64,000 nt of DNA from the NCBI GenBank assembly GCA_963708025.1, contig CAVPSB010000031.1, positions 32,001 through 96,000 of the forward strand, written 5' to 3'. The notes below the pieces were generated by a model. The model worked only from the letters and a program-made list of their open reading frames with translations, did no database searches and had not been told where the DNA came from. The number at the start of each line of letters is the position of its first letter. The first letter of the stretch is position 1. Of this stretch, positions 40,190-49,041 are shown piece by piece. Source of the stretch: an uncultured Candidatus Rokubacteria bacterium (lineage in GTDB: Bacteria > Methylomirabilota > Methylomirabilia > Rokubacteriales > DASRDR01). The translations under genes were made by a program, and so were the position numbers.

Positions 40190-41461
40190 ATGTCCCTGGC
40201 CGGGATCCCGCGCGTCGAGAGCCTGCCCCGCCTGGTGCGCGTCAAGCAGCAGTTCCCCGGCCCCATGCTCGCCGACGTCGCGGGGGCTACCCGGGCGTCC
40301 CTCGCGAGCGTCGAGCTGCCGGTCCGGCCCGGGCAGGCGGTCGCGCTGACCGTCGGCAGCCGCGGCGTCGTGAACATCGACGTCATCACCCGGGCGACCG
40401 TCGACCACCTGAAGGGGCTGGGGGCCCGGCCCTTCATCATCCCGGCGATGGGGAGCCACGGGGGTGGCACCGCCGAGGGGCAGCGGACGGTGCTGGAGCA
40501 CTACGGCGTCACCGAGGCGGCCATGGGCTGTCCGATCCAGTCAACGATGGACGTCGTCCAGATCGGCGAGGTCCTGGGGCTCCCCATCTGGCTCGACCGC
40601 TACGCGGCCGAGGCGGACTGGATCGGCGTCCTCAACCGGGTCAAGCCCCACACCGGCTTCGACGGCGAGATCGGCTCCGGCCTCCTCAAGATGATGACGA
40701 TCGGCATGGGCAAGCACCGGGGCGCCATCCAGGCCCACCGGGCCAACATCCGCCTCGGCTACGAGACGATGATCGTGGCCCTCGGGCGCGAGATGCTGCG
40801 GATCGCCCCGATCGCCTTCGGGCTCGGGATCGTCGAGAACGGCTACGACGAGACGGCGCTGGTCCGCGCCTTCCTTCCCGCCGACCTCGAGGCGGGGGAG
40901 CGGGAGCTGCTGCGCTCGGCGAAGGCGTGGATGGCCAAGCTCCCGTTCGACCGCCTCGACCTCCTGATCGTGGACGAGATCGGCAAGGACGTCTCGGGGA
41001 CCGGGATGGACACCCACGTCATCGGCCGGCACGGGACGTTCTTCGAGCGGCCCTTCACGAGCCCGGCTATCACCTTCATCGTCGCCTGCGACCTGACGGC
41101 CCGGACCGCCGGCAACGGGAACGGGATCGGGCTGGCCGACTTCACGACCCGGCGGCTGGCCGACAAGATCGACTGGGCGCCGACTTACATCAACGCGCTG
41201 ACCGCCTGCTCGCCCCGGGGTCCCAAGCTGCCGCCGGTCCTGGACACCGCCCGCGACGCCATCGCGGTGGCGCTCTCCTGCCTCGGGCTGGAGCGGCCCG
41301 ACGACGCGCGGGTCGTCCGGATCAAGAACACGCTCCGGCTGGCCGAGGTGGAAGTCTCGGAGTCACTCGTCCCCGAGCTGGCCGGGCGGACCGATTTGGC
41401 GCGGCTGGGGGACCCGGCGCCGCTGGCCTTCGGCCCCGACGGCGCCCTGTTGCCCTTCTGA
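40190..41461 (+). CDS. LarA/DUF362-like protein (lactate racemase superfamily)
   Basis: VGSRG, PFIIPAMGSHGGGTAEGQ, NRVKPHT and GKDVSGTGMD motifs. Confidence 0.7.
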   Translation: MSLAGIPRVESLPRLVRVKQQFPGPMLADVAGATRASLASVELPVRPGQAVALTVGSRGVVNIDVITRATVDHLKGLGARPFIIPAMGSHGGGTAEGQRTVLEHYGVTEAAMGCPIQSTMDVVQIGEVLGLPIWLDRYAAEADWIGVLNRVKPHTGFDGEIGSGLLKMMTIGMGKHRGAIQAHRANIRLGYETMIVALGREMLRIAPIAFGLGIVENGYDETALVRAFLPADLEAGERELLRSAKAWMAKLPFDRLDLLIVDEIGKDVSGTGMDTHVIGRHGTFFERPFTSPAITFIVACDLTARTAGNGNGIGLADFTTRRLADKIDWAPTYINALTACSPRGPKLPPVLDTARDAIAVALSCLGLERPDDARVVRIKNTLRLAEVEVSESLVPELAGRTDLARLGDPAPLAFGPDGALLPF

Positions 41462-41626
41462 AACGCCGTGAAGGAATCGTCGAGGAAGCGTGAATTGGGG
41501 AAAGGCCGGAGGGGGGGTCCGGGCCCCCGGAGGGCGCGACGTCCCGAGGGCCGCAGGCCCGAGGCGTCGCGGCGATCCGGACGGAGCGCGTAGCTCCCCC
41601 CCGGCCCGATTGACCGGGAGACTCCC

Positions 41627-42706
41627 ATGGCGGATCCGAGCTGGGGGAAGCACGTGGCGGACGTCCTGCGCCGGAACGGGATCCGGCTCTTCACGACGGT
41701 GCCGGACTACATCGTGAGCCACGTCCTGGAGCACCTGTGGGCCGACCCCGAATGCACCGTGGTCACCGCGACCCGGGAGGAGGAGGGGCTCGGCATCCTC
41801 TCGGGGGCGTGGCTCGGCGGCCAGCGGGGCGCCCTCCTCATGCAGAACAGCGGGCTCGGCAACTGCGTGAACACGCTCGGCTCCCTCAACGTGGCGAGCC
41901 AGATCCCGGTGGTGCTGGTGATCAGCCATCGCGGCGACCTCGGGGAGTTCAACCCGGCCCAGGTGCCGATCGGCCAGGCCGCCGGGCGCATCCTCGACGC
42001 GCTCGACATCCGCTACGCGATGCCGGCATCGATCCCCGAGCTGGAGGCGCAGGCCGACGGCCTGATCAAGCTCGCCTACACGCGCTCGGCTGCCGGTGGC
42101 GTTCGTGCTCCCGGCCGAGCTGACCGGGGGGAAGCTCGGATGACCCGGGCGACGGCGACCCGCCTCCTCGTCGAGCGCCTGCGGAGCGAGGTGGTGGTCG
42201 CCAACCTGGGGCAGGCGACGCTCGACCTCCAGCGGCTCGGCGACCGGCCGCTCAACTGCTACACCTTCGGGTCGATGGGGCAGGCCTCGTCGATCGCGCT
42301 CGGCGTCGCGCTGGCACGGCCCGACGTCCGGGTGGTCTGCCTCGACGGCGACGGCTCGCTGCTGATGAACCTCGGCTCGCTCTGCACCATCGCCACCCTC
42401 GCGCCCCGCAACTACGCGCTGGTGGTCTGGGACAACGAGGTCCACATGACGACGGGCGGCCAGGCGACGGCGACCGCGTTCCGGTCGAGCCTGGCCGGGC
42501 TGGCGCGGGGCGCGGGGATCGAGAAGGTGCTGGAGCCGCGCGACGAGGCCGAGCTGGGGCGCGCGTTCGACCGGATCCTCGCCGAGGACGGCCCGTGGGT
42601 GGTCCCGGTGAAGGTCGAGAAGGGCCGGGCGGAGGGAACGCTCGACCGCGACGTGATCGGCTACCCCCGCCGGTTCAAGGCGGCGCTGGCCGCCGTCCCG
42701 CAGTAG
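41627..42706 (+). CDS. comDE: sulfopyruvate/phosphonopyruvate-decarboxylase-like TPP enzyme; alpha (41627) and beta (42140) subunits fused by a 1-nt insertion
   Basis: TREEEG and MQNSGLGN (alpha); GSMG and DGDGSLLMNLG...DN (beta). Confidence 0.8.
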   Translation: MADPSWGKHVADVLRRNGIRLFTTVPDYIVSHVLEHLWADPECTVVTATREEEGLGILSGAWLGGQRGALLMQNSGLGNCVNTLGSLNVASQIPVVLVISHRGDLGEFNPAQVPIGQAAGRILDALDIRYAMPASIPELEAQADGLIKLAYTRSAAGGVRAPGRADRGEARMTRATATRLLVERLRSEVVVANLGQATLDLQRLGDRPLNCYTFGSMGQASSIALGVALARPDVRVVCLDGDGSLLMNLGSLCTIATLAPRNYALVVWDNEVHMTTGGQATATAFRSSLAGLARGAGIEKVLEPRDEAELGRAFDRILAEDGPWVVPVKVEKGRAEGTLDRDVIGYPRRFKAALAAVPQ

Positions 42707-42896
42707 CCGCGCGGCGGCTCGATCCGCCGCCGGCCCCGCTCGCCGGCGGCTTCCCGCCCGCGGCGAACATGAACCCCACCACCACGGGGCGAGCGTCGGG
42801 AGCCGGGGAGCCGGGAGTAGCACGATCCGTTGGACCGTGCTACGATGCCCGGGCCTATCCAGGGCGTTCCCGTACCACTCGGGTCGGAGGGAGACG

Positions 42897-44510
42897 ATGT
42901 CGCGCCGCCGTTCCATCCTCGTCCTGACGGTCGCCCTGGCGCTCGCCGTCGCCGTCGTGATGACCCACCCGGGCGCCCAGCCGGCCTCCCCGGGCGGCGT
43001 GCTCCGCATCGCCGTCCTGACCGACGAGGGGACCCTCCAGCCGTACTCCTACAAGACGGGCTACCCGGGGTGGAACCTGCTCCTGCTGGTCTTCGACACG
43101 GTGCTGCAGCTCGACGCGGACAACGTCCCGCGCCCGCACCTCGCGCGGGAGGTGCAGGTGGCGCCGGACGGCCTCACGTACACCGTCGGTCTCCGCCCCG
43201 GTGTCCGGTGGCACGACGGCCGGCCGCTCACGGCGGACGACGTCAAGTTCACCTACGAGTACTTCCTGAAGAATCCCCACAGCCGCTTCACCGCGCCGCT
43301 GCGCACCGTCGACGCGGTCATGGTCGCCGGGCCGGGCGCGCTGACGATCCGACTGAAGGCGCCGAATCCGTCGTTTCCCGTCCGGGCGCTCGCCGACGTC
43401 CCGATCCTCCCCCGTCACGTCTGGGAGCCCCTGGACCCGGCGAAGCTGAAGGAGCTGCAGGTCCCGATCGGCTCCGGCCCCTACCGCCTGCGGGAGGCCG
43501 ACCCGTCCGCGGTCTACCGGCTGGCGGCGAACCCCGATTACTTCCTGGGCCCGCCGCAGGTGGCCGAGCTGGTCTTCCCCATCCTCCGGGACCTGACGAC
43601 GGCGCTCCAGGCCCTCCGTACCGGGGAGCTCGAGGGCCTCACCCGCGAGCTCCCGCCGGAGCAGGTGCCGCTCTTCAGCCAGCCGCCGTTCAAGGTGGCC
43701 CGGGGCCCGAGCTTCGCCAGCACGCTCCTGCAGCTCAACGCCGAGCGAGCCCCGTTCACGCGGCGCGAGATCCGGCAGGCCATCGACCTCGCCATCGACA
43801 AGCGCCGGCTGGTCGACACGCTCCTCCTGGGCCAGGGCACGGTGGCCTCACCGGGATTCATCCACCCGGGTTCGCCGTCCCACGATCCGACCGTGACCCC
43901 GCGCTTCGACCCGGCCCGGGCCCGCCAGCTCCTCGACCAGCTCGGCGCGGCCCCCGGTCCCGACGGCGTCCGGGTCCTCGACGGCCAGCGCCTGGCCTTC
44001 ACCGTCGTCGTCAACGCGGCCCAGCCGATCCGGATGCGGGCCGCCGAGCTGATCGCGGGGATGCTCCGCGAGCTCGGCCTGTCGCTGACGGTGCGCTCGC
44101 TCGACGCCAACGCGGTCGACGCGCTCGTCTGGCCCGAGTTCGACGTCGCCAAGGGCCGGAACTACGATCTGGCCCTGTGGGGGTGGTCGCCGCCCGTCCA
44201 GGTCGATCCGGGTCGACTCGTCGAGCTGGTCCACTCGGACCCGAAGGTGGGCCGTCTCAACATCGGGGCCTACCGCAGCACTGAGGCGGATCGGCTCGGC
44301 ACCGAGCTCCTCACGGCGCCCGACGAGGCGGCCCGGAAGCGGCTGATCCAGGGGCTCCAGCGCCAGATCGCGGCGGACGTCCCGTTCGTCATGCTCTACT
44401 TCGCCGACGGCAACTACGGCTACCGGGCCGCCGGTCACGACGCGTGGGTGTACCAGAAGGGCCAGGGCATCTACACGAAGCTCTCCTTCCTCCGGCCGGG
44501 CGCGCGGTAG
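42897..44510 (+). CDS. ABC substrate-binding protein, family 5
   Basis: LRPGVRWHDGRPLTADDVKFT and PIGSGPY motifs. Confidence 0.93.
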   Translation: MSRRRSILVLTVALALAVAVVMTHPGAQPASPGGVLRIAVLTDEGTLQPYSYKTGYPGWNLLLLVFDTVLQLDADNVPRPHLAREVQVAPDGLTYTVGLRPGVRWHDGRPLTADDVKFTYEYFLKNPHSRFTAPLRTVDAVMVAGPGALTIRLKAPNPSFPVRALADVPILPRHVWEPLDPAKLKELQVPIGSGPYRLREADPSAVYRLAANPDYFLGPPQVAELVFPILRDLTTALQALRTGELEGLTRELPPEQVPLFSQPPFKVARGPSFASTLLQLNAERAPFTRREIRQAIDLAIDKRRLVDTLLLGQGTVASPGFIHPGSPSHDPTVTPRFDPARARQLLDQLGAAPGPDGVRVLDGQRLAFTVVVNAAQPIRMRAAELIAGMLRELGLSLTVRSLDANAVDALVWPEFDVAKGRNYDLALWGWSPPVQVDPGRLVELVHSDPKVGRLNIGAYRSTEADRLGTELLTAPDEAARKRLIQGLQRQIAADVPFVMLYFADGNYGYRAAGHDAWVYQKGQGIYTKLSFLRPGAR

Positions 44511-44545
44511 CGCGGCACCCCGGGGCGCGAGCCCCGGTCCGATCC

Positions 44546-44633
44546 GAGAGCGTGTGAAGGAGTCGGGTTTTCCGGCTCCCCCTCCCGCCGGTGGGTGGGG
44601 GAGGGGGGTTGGGGGGTAGGCGGGAGGTTCCGA
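44546..44633 (+). repeat. G-tract repeat family A, copy 1
   Basis: GAGAGCGTGTGAAG...CTCCCCCTCCC..GGGTGGGGGAGGGGGGTTGGGGGG..GGAGGTTCCGA. Confidence 0.85.
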
Positions 44634-44638
44634 TCAGC

Positions 44639-45619
44639 ATGGGCCGCCGGCGTGGAGTCGGCGCGGCCGCGGCGCAGGCCGGCCTGGTCCTCGCCGTGGC
44701 CGTCACGCTGAACTTCCTCCTCCCGCGCCTGATGCCGGGGAACCCGCTCCGCTTCCTCGCGGGCGAGGACGCGGCGCTCCTCTCGGCCGAGGACCGGGCA
44801 CGGGTGCTCCGGGAGGCCGGGCTCGACCAGCCGCTCGGCGTCCAGTACGGCCGCCATCTCCTGCAGCTCGTCCGGGGCGACCTCGGGCGGTCCTTCCAGC
44901 ACCGGCGCGCCGTCACCGGGCTGCTTCTCGAGCGGCTTCCGTGGACGCTCCTCCTCACCGGCACGAGCCTGGCCCTGGCGGCCGCCGCCGGACTCGGGCT
45001 GGGGGCGCTGGCGGCGTGGCGTCGCGGCAGTCGCTTCGAGCGCGCCGCCCTCGGCGTGAGCCTCGCGCTCGAGGCCGTCCCGGCATTCTGGCTCGGCATG
45101 ATCCTGATCGCCCTCCTGGCCGTCCAGCTCGGCTGGTTTCCCGCCTTCGGCGCGCGTGACGTCTTCCCGATCCGCCGCGGCGTCGCCGCCGCCCTGGACG
45201 CCGCCTGGCATCTCGCTCTGCCCGTCGCCACGCTCACGGCCGTCACCGCCCCCTCGATCTTCCTGGCCATGCGAGCGGGCCTGGTCGGGGTGCTCGGCGA
45301 GGAGTACATCCGCGGCGCCCGCGCCCGGGGCCTGTCCGAGCGGGCCGTGCTCTGGCGCCACGCGGTGCCGAACGCCCTCCTGCCCGTGGTCACCGTCCTC
45401 ATGCTGACCCTCGGCCAGGCGGTGGCGGGAGCGACCGTCGTGGAGACCGTCTTCTCGTATCCCGGCGTGGGTCGCCTCATGTACGAGGCGGCGCTGGCGC
45501 GCGATTACCCGCTGCTCCAGGGCGGGTTCCTTCTTGCCACGGTGAGCGTGCTCGCCGCCAACGGCGCCGCGGACGCCCTCTACCGGGTGCTCGATCCCCG
45601 GGTCGACGCCGATGGCTGA
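44639..45619 (+). CDS. ABC permease, DppB-like
   Basis: LPRLMPGNP, GDLGRS, ARARGL and ETVFSYPG motifs. Confidence 0.92.
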   Translation: MGRRRGVGAAAAQAGLVLAVAVTLNFLLPRLMPGNPLRFLAGEDAALLSAEDRARVLREAGLDQPLGVQYGRHLLQLVRGDLGRSFQHRRAVTGLLLERLPWTLLLTGTSLALAAAAGLGLGALAAWRRGSRFERAALGVSLALEAVPAFWLGMILIALLAVQLGWFPAFGARDVFPIRRGVAAALDAAWHLALPVATLTAVTAPSIFLAMRAGLVGVLGEEYIRGARARGLSERAVLWRHAVPNALLPVVTVLMLTLGQAVAGATVVETVFSYPGVGRLMYEAALARDYPLLQGGFLLATVSVLAANGAADALYRVLDPRVDADG

Positions 45620-46508
45620 GGCGGCGCCCCCCGCCCGCGGCTGGTCGCCACGGTCGGTGGTGGCGGGGAGGTGGCCCGCCATGCGTGGGGCCTGGCTGCC
45701 GCTGGCGAGCCTGGCGGGGATCGCCCTCGCGGCTCTCCTGGCCCCCTGGGTCGCCCCTTACGACCCTCGCCTCCCGGTGGGTGCCCCCTTCCAGCCCCCG
45801 TCGTCCTCGCACTGGCTCGGCACCAACGACATCGGCCAGGATCTGCTGTCCGAGCTCCTGTGGGGCGGCCGGGTGTCACTCGGAATCGGGCTGGGCGCCG
45901 CGGTCCTGGGAACCAGCCTCGGCACCGCGGCGGGTGTCCTCGGGGCATGGGGCCGCGGTCCGGTCGGGGCGGCGGTGATGCGCGCGGCGGACGTCGCCCT
46001 CGTCGTCCCCTTCCTGCCTCTGGCGATCGTGCTGGCCGCCTTCGTGGGTCCCGGCGCGACGACGCTGGTAGGGGTGATCACGGCGCTCGCCTGGGCTCGG
46101 CCGGCGCGCGTGGTGCGGGCCGCCGTCCTCGGCCAGCGGGCGAGCGAAGCCGTCACCGCGTCGCGCGCGCTCGGCGCGGGCGAGGGGCGGATCGTGGCCC
46201 GGCACGTGCTCCCGGCGGTGCTTCCTGTCGTGGTCGCCGAGTTCGTCCAGCTCGCCGGCCGGGCCCTCCTGCTCGAGGCGTCGCTCGCCTTCCTCGGCCT
46301 CGGCGACCCCGTGCGGAAGTCCTGGGGCGCAACGCTCTTCTACGCGCAGGCGCGCGGGGCCTTCCTCTCCGGGGCATGGCTCTGGTGGGCCGTCCCCCCC
46401 GGCTTGCTGACGACCACGACCGTGCTCGGCCTGGCCGTGATCGGACTCCGGCTGGAGCCGCTCGCGAATCCCCGGCTCGGCCCCGCCCGCGTCCGGCCGG
46501 ACTCCTGA
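45612..46508 (+). CDS. ABC permease, DppC-like
   Basis: HWLGTNDIGQD, RHVLP and EASLAFLGLG motifs. Confidence 0.92.
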   Translation: MAEAAPPARGWSPRSVVAGRWPAMRGAWLPLASLAGIALAALLAPWVAPYDPRLPVGAPFQPPSSSHWLGTNDIGQDLLSELLWGGRVSLGIGLGAAVLGTSLGTAAGVLGAWGRGPVGAAVMRAADVALVVPFLPLAIVLAAFVGPGATTLVGVITALAWARPARVVRAAVLGQRASEAVTASRALGAGEGRIVARHVLPAVLPVVVAEFVQLAGRALLLEASLAFLGLGDPVRKSWGATLFYAQARGAFLSGAWLWWAVPPGLLTTTTVLGLAVIGLRLEPLANPRLGPARVRPDS

Positions 46509-46535
46509 GTCGCTCGAGGGAATCGGCGCTGGCGG

Positions 46536-47165
46536 CTACTCCCGCGCGCGCTCCGCCATCAGGGCCGCCACCGCGGCCGCCAGGGGATCGCCGGCGGCGG
46601 TGAGCGCGTCCCGGACGCGGGCCTGGTCGGCGGCACTGCGGTTCTGGCTGAGCTTCGCCTTCCCCTCCAGCCGGTCGATCGGGATCTCGAAGGCCACGAT
46701 GCCGCGCAGCATGCCGGCGAGGTACTCGGCCGGCAGCGAATCCATGGCCCACGGATCCGATCGGCCCGCCTCGTGGGTCTGGACGAGTCGGGCCAGGAGC
46801 GCCGTCACGCGCGCCGGCTCCTCGATCACCGCCGGCACGCCGGAGGCGTGGACGGCGACGTAGTTCCACGTGGGGACGCTCGGGTGCACCGCGTACCACG
46901 CGGGGGAGACGTAGGCATGCGGGCCGGTGAAGATGGCCAGCACCGGCCGGCCGTCGGCGAAGGAGCGCCACTGGGGATTGGGGCGGGCGACGTGGCCGAG
47001 GAGGGTGCCGAGCGGGCCGCGGTCCGTGTCGAGGAGGAAGGGCAGGTGGGTCGCGAACGGCGCCCCGGCGGGATCGGCGCCGATCAGCGTCCCGAAGCTC
47101 TCGGCCTCGATGAGCCGGTGGCACCAGGCCCGGTCCGGGGCTTCGAAGTGCTGCGGAACGTACAC
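46536..47165 (-). CDS. FMN-binding PaiB-family protein
   Basis: YVPQHF, GHVARPNPQ, HAYVSPAWY, VPTWNY and KLSQNR motifs. Confidence 0.92.
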   Translation of the reverse strand: MYVPQHFEAPDRAWCHRLIEAESFGTLIGADPAGAPFATHLPFLLDTDRGPLGTLLGHVARPNPQWRSFADGRPVLAIFTGPHAYVSPAWYAVHPSVPTWNYVAVHASGVPAVIEEPARVTALLARLVQTHEAGRSDPWAMDSLPAEYLAGMLRGIVAFEIPIDRLEGKAKLSQNRSAADQARVRDALTAAGDPLAAAVAALMAERARE

Positions 47166-47167
47166 GG

Positions 47168-48070
47168 CTACCGGGTCGAGATGAGCCGGCCGATGCGCTT
47201 CTCGATGACGTGGGTGACGGCCGAGAAGTCCTGCAGGCCCCAGCCGGCGGCCAGCGCTTCCTCGTAGGTCCGCCGGGTCTCCTCCAGGAGCGGCGTCGGC
47301 ACGCCGACCTTCGCCGCGTGCTCCAGGGCGAGGCGGGCGTCCTTCGCCATGTGCTGGAGCACGAACGTCGGCGCGAAGTCGCCGTCGAGCAGTCGCCGGG
47401 CGCGGCGCTCCCAGTAGGTGCCGTAGGCCATGCCCCCGCCCTTCCGCACCACCTCGTCGAAGACGTACGGGTCGACGCCGGCCTTGACACACGTGCCCAG
47501 CGCCTCGGCCACCGCGACCGAGACGACCGCGCCCAGCCCGTTGTGCATGAGCTTGATCCGGTTACCGGTGGCGATGGGGCCCACGTGGAGGTGGAGCTTG
47601 CCCATGGCCCTGAGGTACGGCTCGATGCGCGGGAGGCTCGCGGCGTCGCCCCCCACGATGAAGAAGATCTCGCCGGACACCGCCTGGGGCTGGGAGCCGA
47701 GCATCGGCGTGTCCATGTGAGCGATGCCCCGGGCGGCGAGGGCGGCGTGGACCTCCAGCGTGGCCTCGGGGCTGACCGTCGAGCAGTCGCAGGTGACGAG
47801 GCCGGGCCGGCCGCCGCTGGCGACGCCGTCGGGGCCGAGGTAGGCCTGGCGGACGACGTCGTCGTTCGGCAGGCAGGTGAAGACGACCGCCGACCGTTCC
47901 GCCACCGCCCTCGCCGACTCCGCGGCCTCGAGGTCCGGGAGTGCCCGCGCTGCCTGCCGGGCGGCGGGGCTGACGTCGTAGGCCACGACCGGGTGACCGG
48001 CCCTGGCGAGATTCGTGACCATGGGCAGCCCCATGGTGCCCAGCCCGATGAACCCGACTCTGTCCGCCAC
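47168..48070 (-). CDS. beta-hydroxyacid dehydrogenase (3-hydroxyisobutyrate dehydrogenase family)
   Basis: GFIGLGTMG, DCSTVSP, KL.HN and F....MAKD motifs. Confidence 0.9.
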   Translation of the reverse strand: MADRVGFIGLGTMGLPMVTNLARAGHPVVAYDVSPAARQAARALPDLEAAESARAVAERSAVVFTCLPNDDVVRQAYLGPDGVASGGRPGLVTCDCSTVSPEATLEVHAALAARGIAHMDTPMLGSQPQAVSGEIFFIVGGDAASLPRIEPYLRAMGKLHLHVGPIATGNRIKLMHNGLGAVVSVAVAEALGTCVKAGVDPYVFDEVVRKGGGMAYGTYWERRARRLLDGDFAPTFVLQHMAKDARLALEHAAKVGVPTPLLEETRRTYEEALAAGWGLQDFSAVTHVIEKRIGRLISTR

Positions 48071-48095
48071 GTTGACCTCCTCGGCTCCGAGTTGG

Positions 48096-48869
48096 TCACA
48101 TCCTACCCCGAATGCCGGTCAGCGGGCGGCGCGCCGCAGCAGGTAGAAGCCCCCCCGATGTTCCCAGAGCGTGTGAAGGAATCGGGCCTCCGGCTCCCCC
48201 CTCCCCCCAGTGGGTGGGGGAGGGGGGCTGGGGGGGTGGGAGGGAGGTCCCGAAAATCTCGAGCGGTAGGATCGGGCCTCCGGCTCCCCCCCCCCCAGTG
48301 GGGGGGGGGGCGGGGGGGGGGGGCCCGCGGGTGCCGGGCGTGTAGGGGATGGGCCCCGCGTAGTCGGCCTTGAGCGGCGCCCAGCGGTCGGCCCAGAGCC
48401 GCGCCAGCGTGCCGGTGAGCTGGCGCAGGTGGAGCCGGTCGTGGGCGACCCACGCCGCGACGAGGTCGGCGCCGGAGAGGGGGCCGAGACGCGGGTGCTC
48501 GACGGCGACGCTCAGGCGGTCGGCCGACAGTGTTCCGAGGAACCGGAGGCTCGTCGCCCGCAGCGTCCGGAGCGCGGCCAGGGCCTCGCGCGGGTCGGCG
48601 TCGCGGTAGCGCCGCTCGTCGGCCCAGCGCTCGGGATCGACCGGCGTGAACTGCTGGCCGCCGGTCACCACGACGCGCAACCGGGCCGAGAAGTCCTCCG
48701 CCTCCTCGTCGCGCAGGTGGCACACGATCTCGATCGGCGACCACTCGGCCTCCGCCGGCCGCGCTCGCCAGGTGGCGCCGTCGAGATCCCCCGTCAGCAG
48801 GTCGAGCACCGGCAGCAGCCGGGCCAGCTCGCGACGGGCCTCGCTCAGCAGCATCCCCGGATCGGGCAT
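48096..48869 (-). CDS. DinB-family protein with a repeat-derived C-terminal tail
   Basis: WSPIEIVCHLRDEE, HDRLHLRQ and YAG motifs; the last ~80 codons read through the repeats. Confidence 0.8.
   Translation of the reverse strand: MPDPGMLLSEARRELARLLPVLDLLTGDLDGATWRARPAEAEWSPIEIVCHLRDEEAEDFSARLRVVVTGGQQFTPVDPERWADERRYRDADPREALAALRTLRATSLRFLGTLSADRLSVAVEHPRLGPLSGADLVAAWVAHDRLHLRQLTGTLARLWADRWAPLKADYAGPIPYTPGTRGPPPPAPPPTGGGGAGGPILPLEIFGTSLPPPQPPSPTHWGEGGAGGPIPSHALGTSGGLLPAAARRPLTGIRGRM
48166..48323 (+). repeat. G-tract repeat family A, copy 2 (48166-48253) plus a partial tandem copy (48270-48323)
   Basis: AGAGCGTGTGAAG..., with ATCGGGCCTCCGGCTCCCCC present twice. Confidence 0.85.
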
Positions 48870-49041
48870 GTGGCTCCTTCCGGCCCCTCCCGCGCGGGCT
48901 GCGGCTCGACCGGGCCTAAGGCGTCGTCAGAGAATAAGTGATCGGTTCCAGGGGTTGAGCGGATAAGCTGCAACGTGGCGATTCTCGGTCTCCTTGGAAA
49001 CGCCGGACCCAGATGATTCGTTCACTTGTTCCTGACACTGC

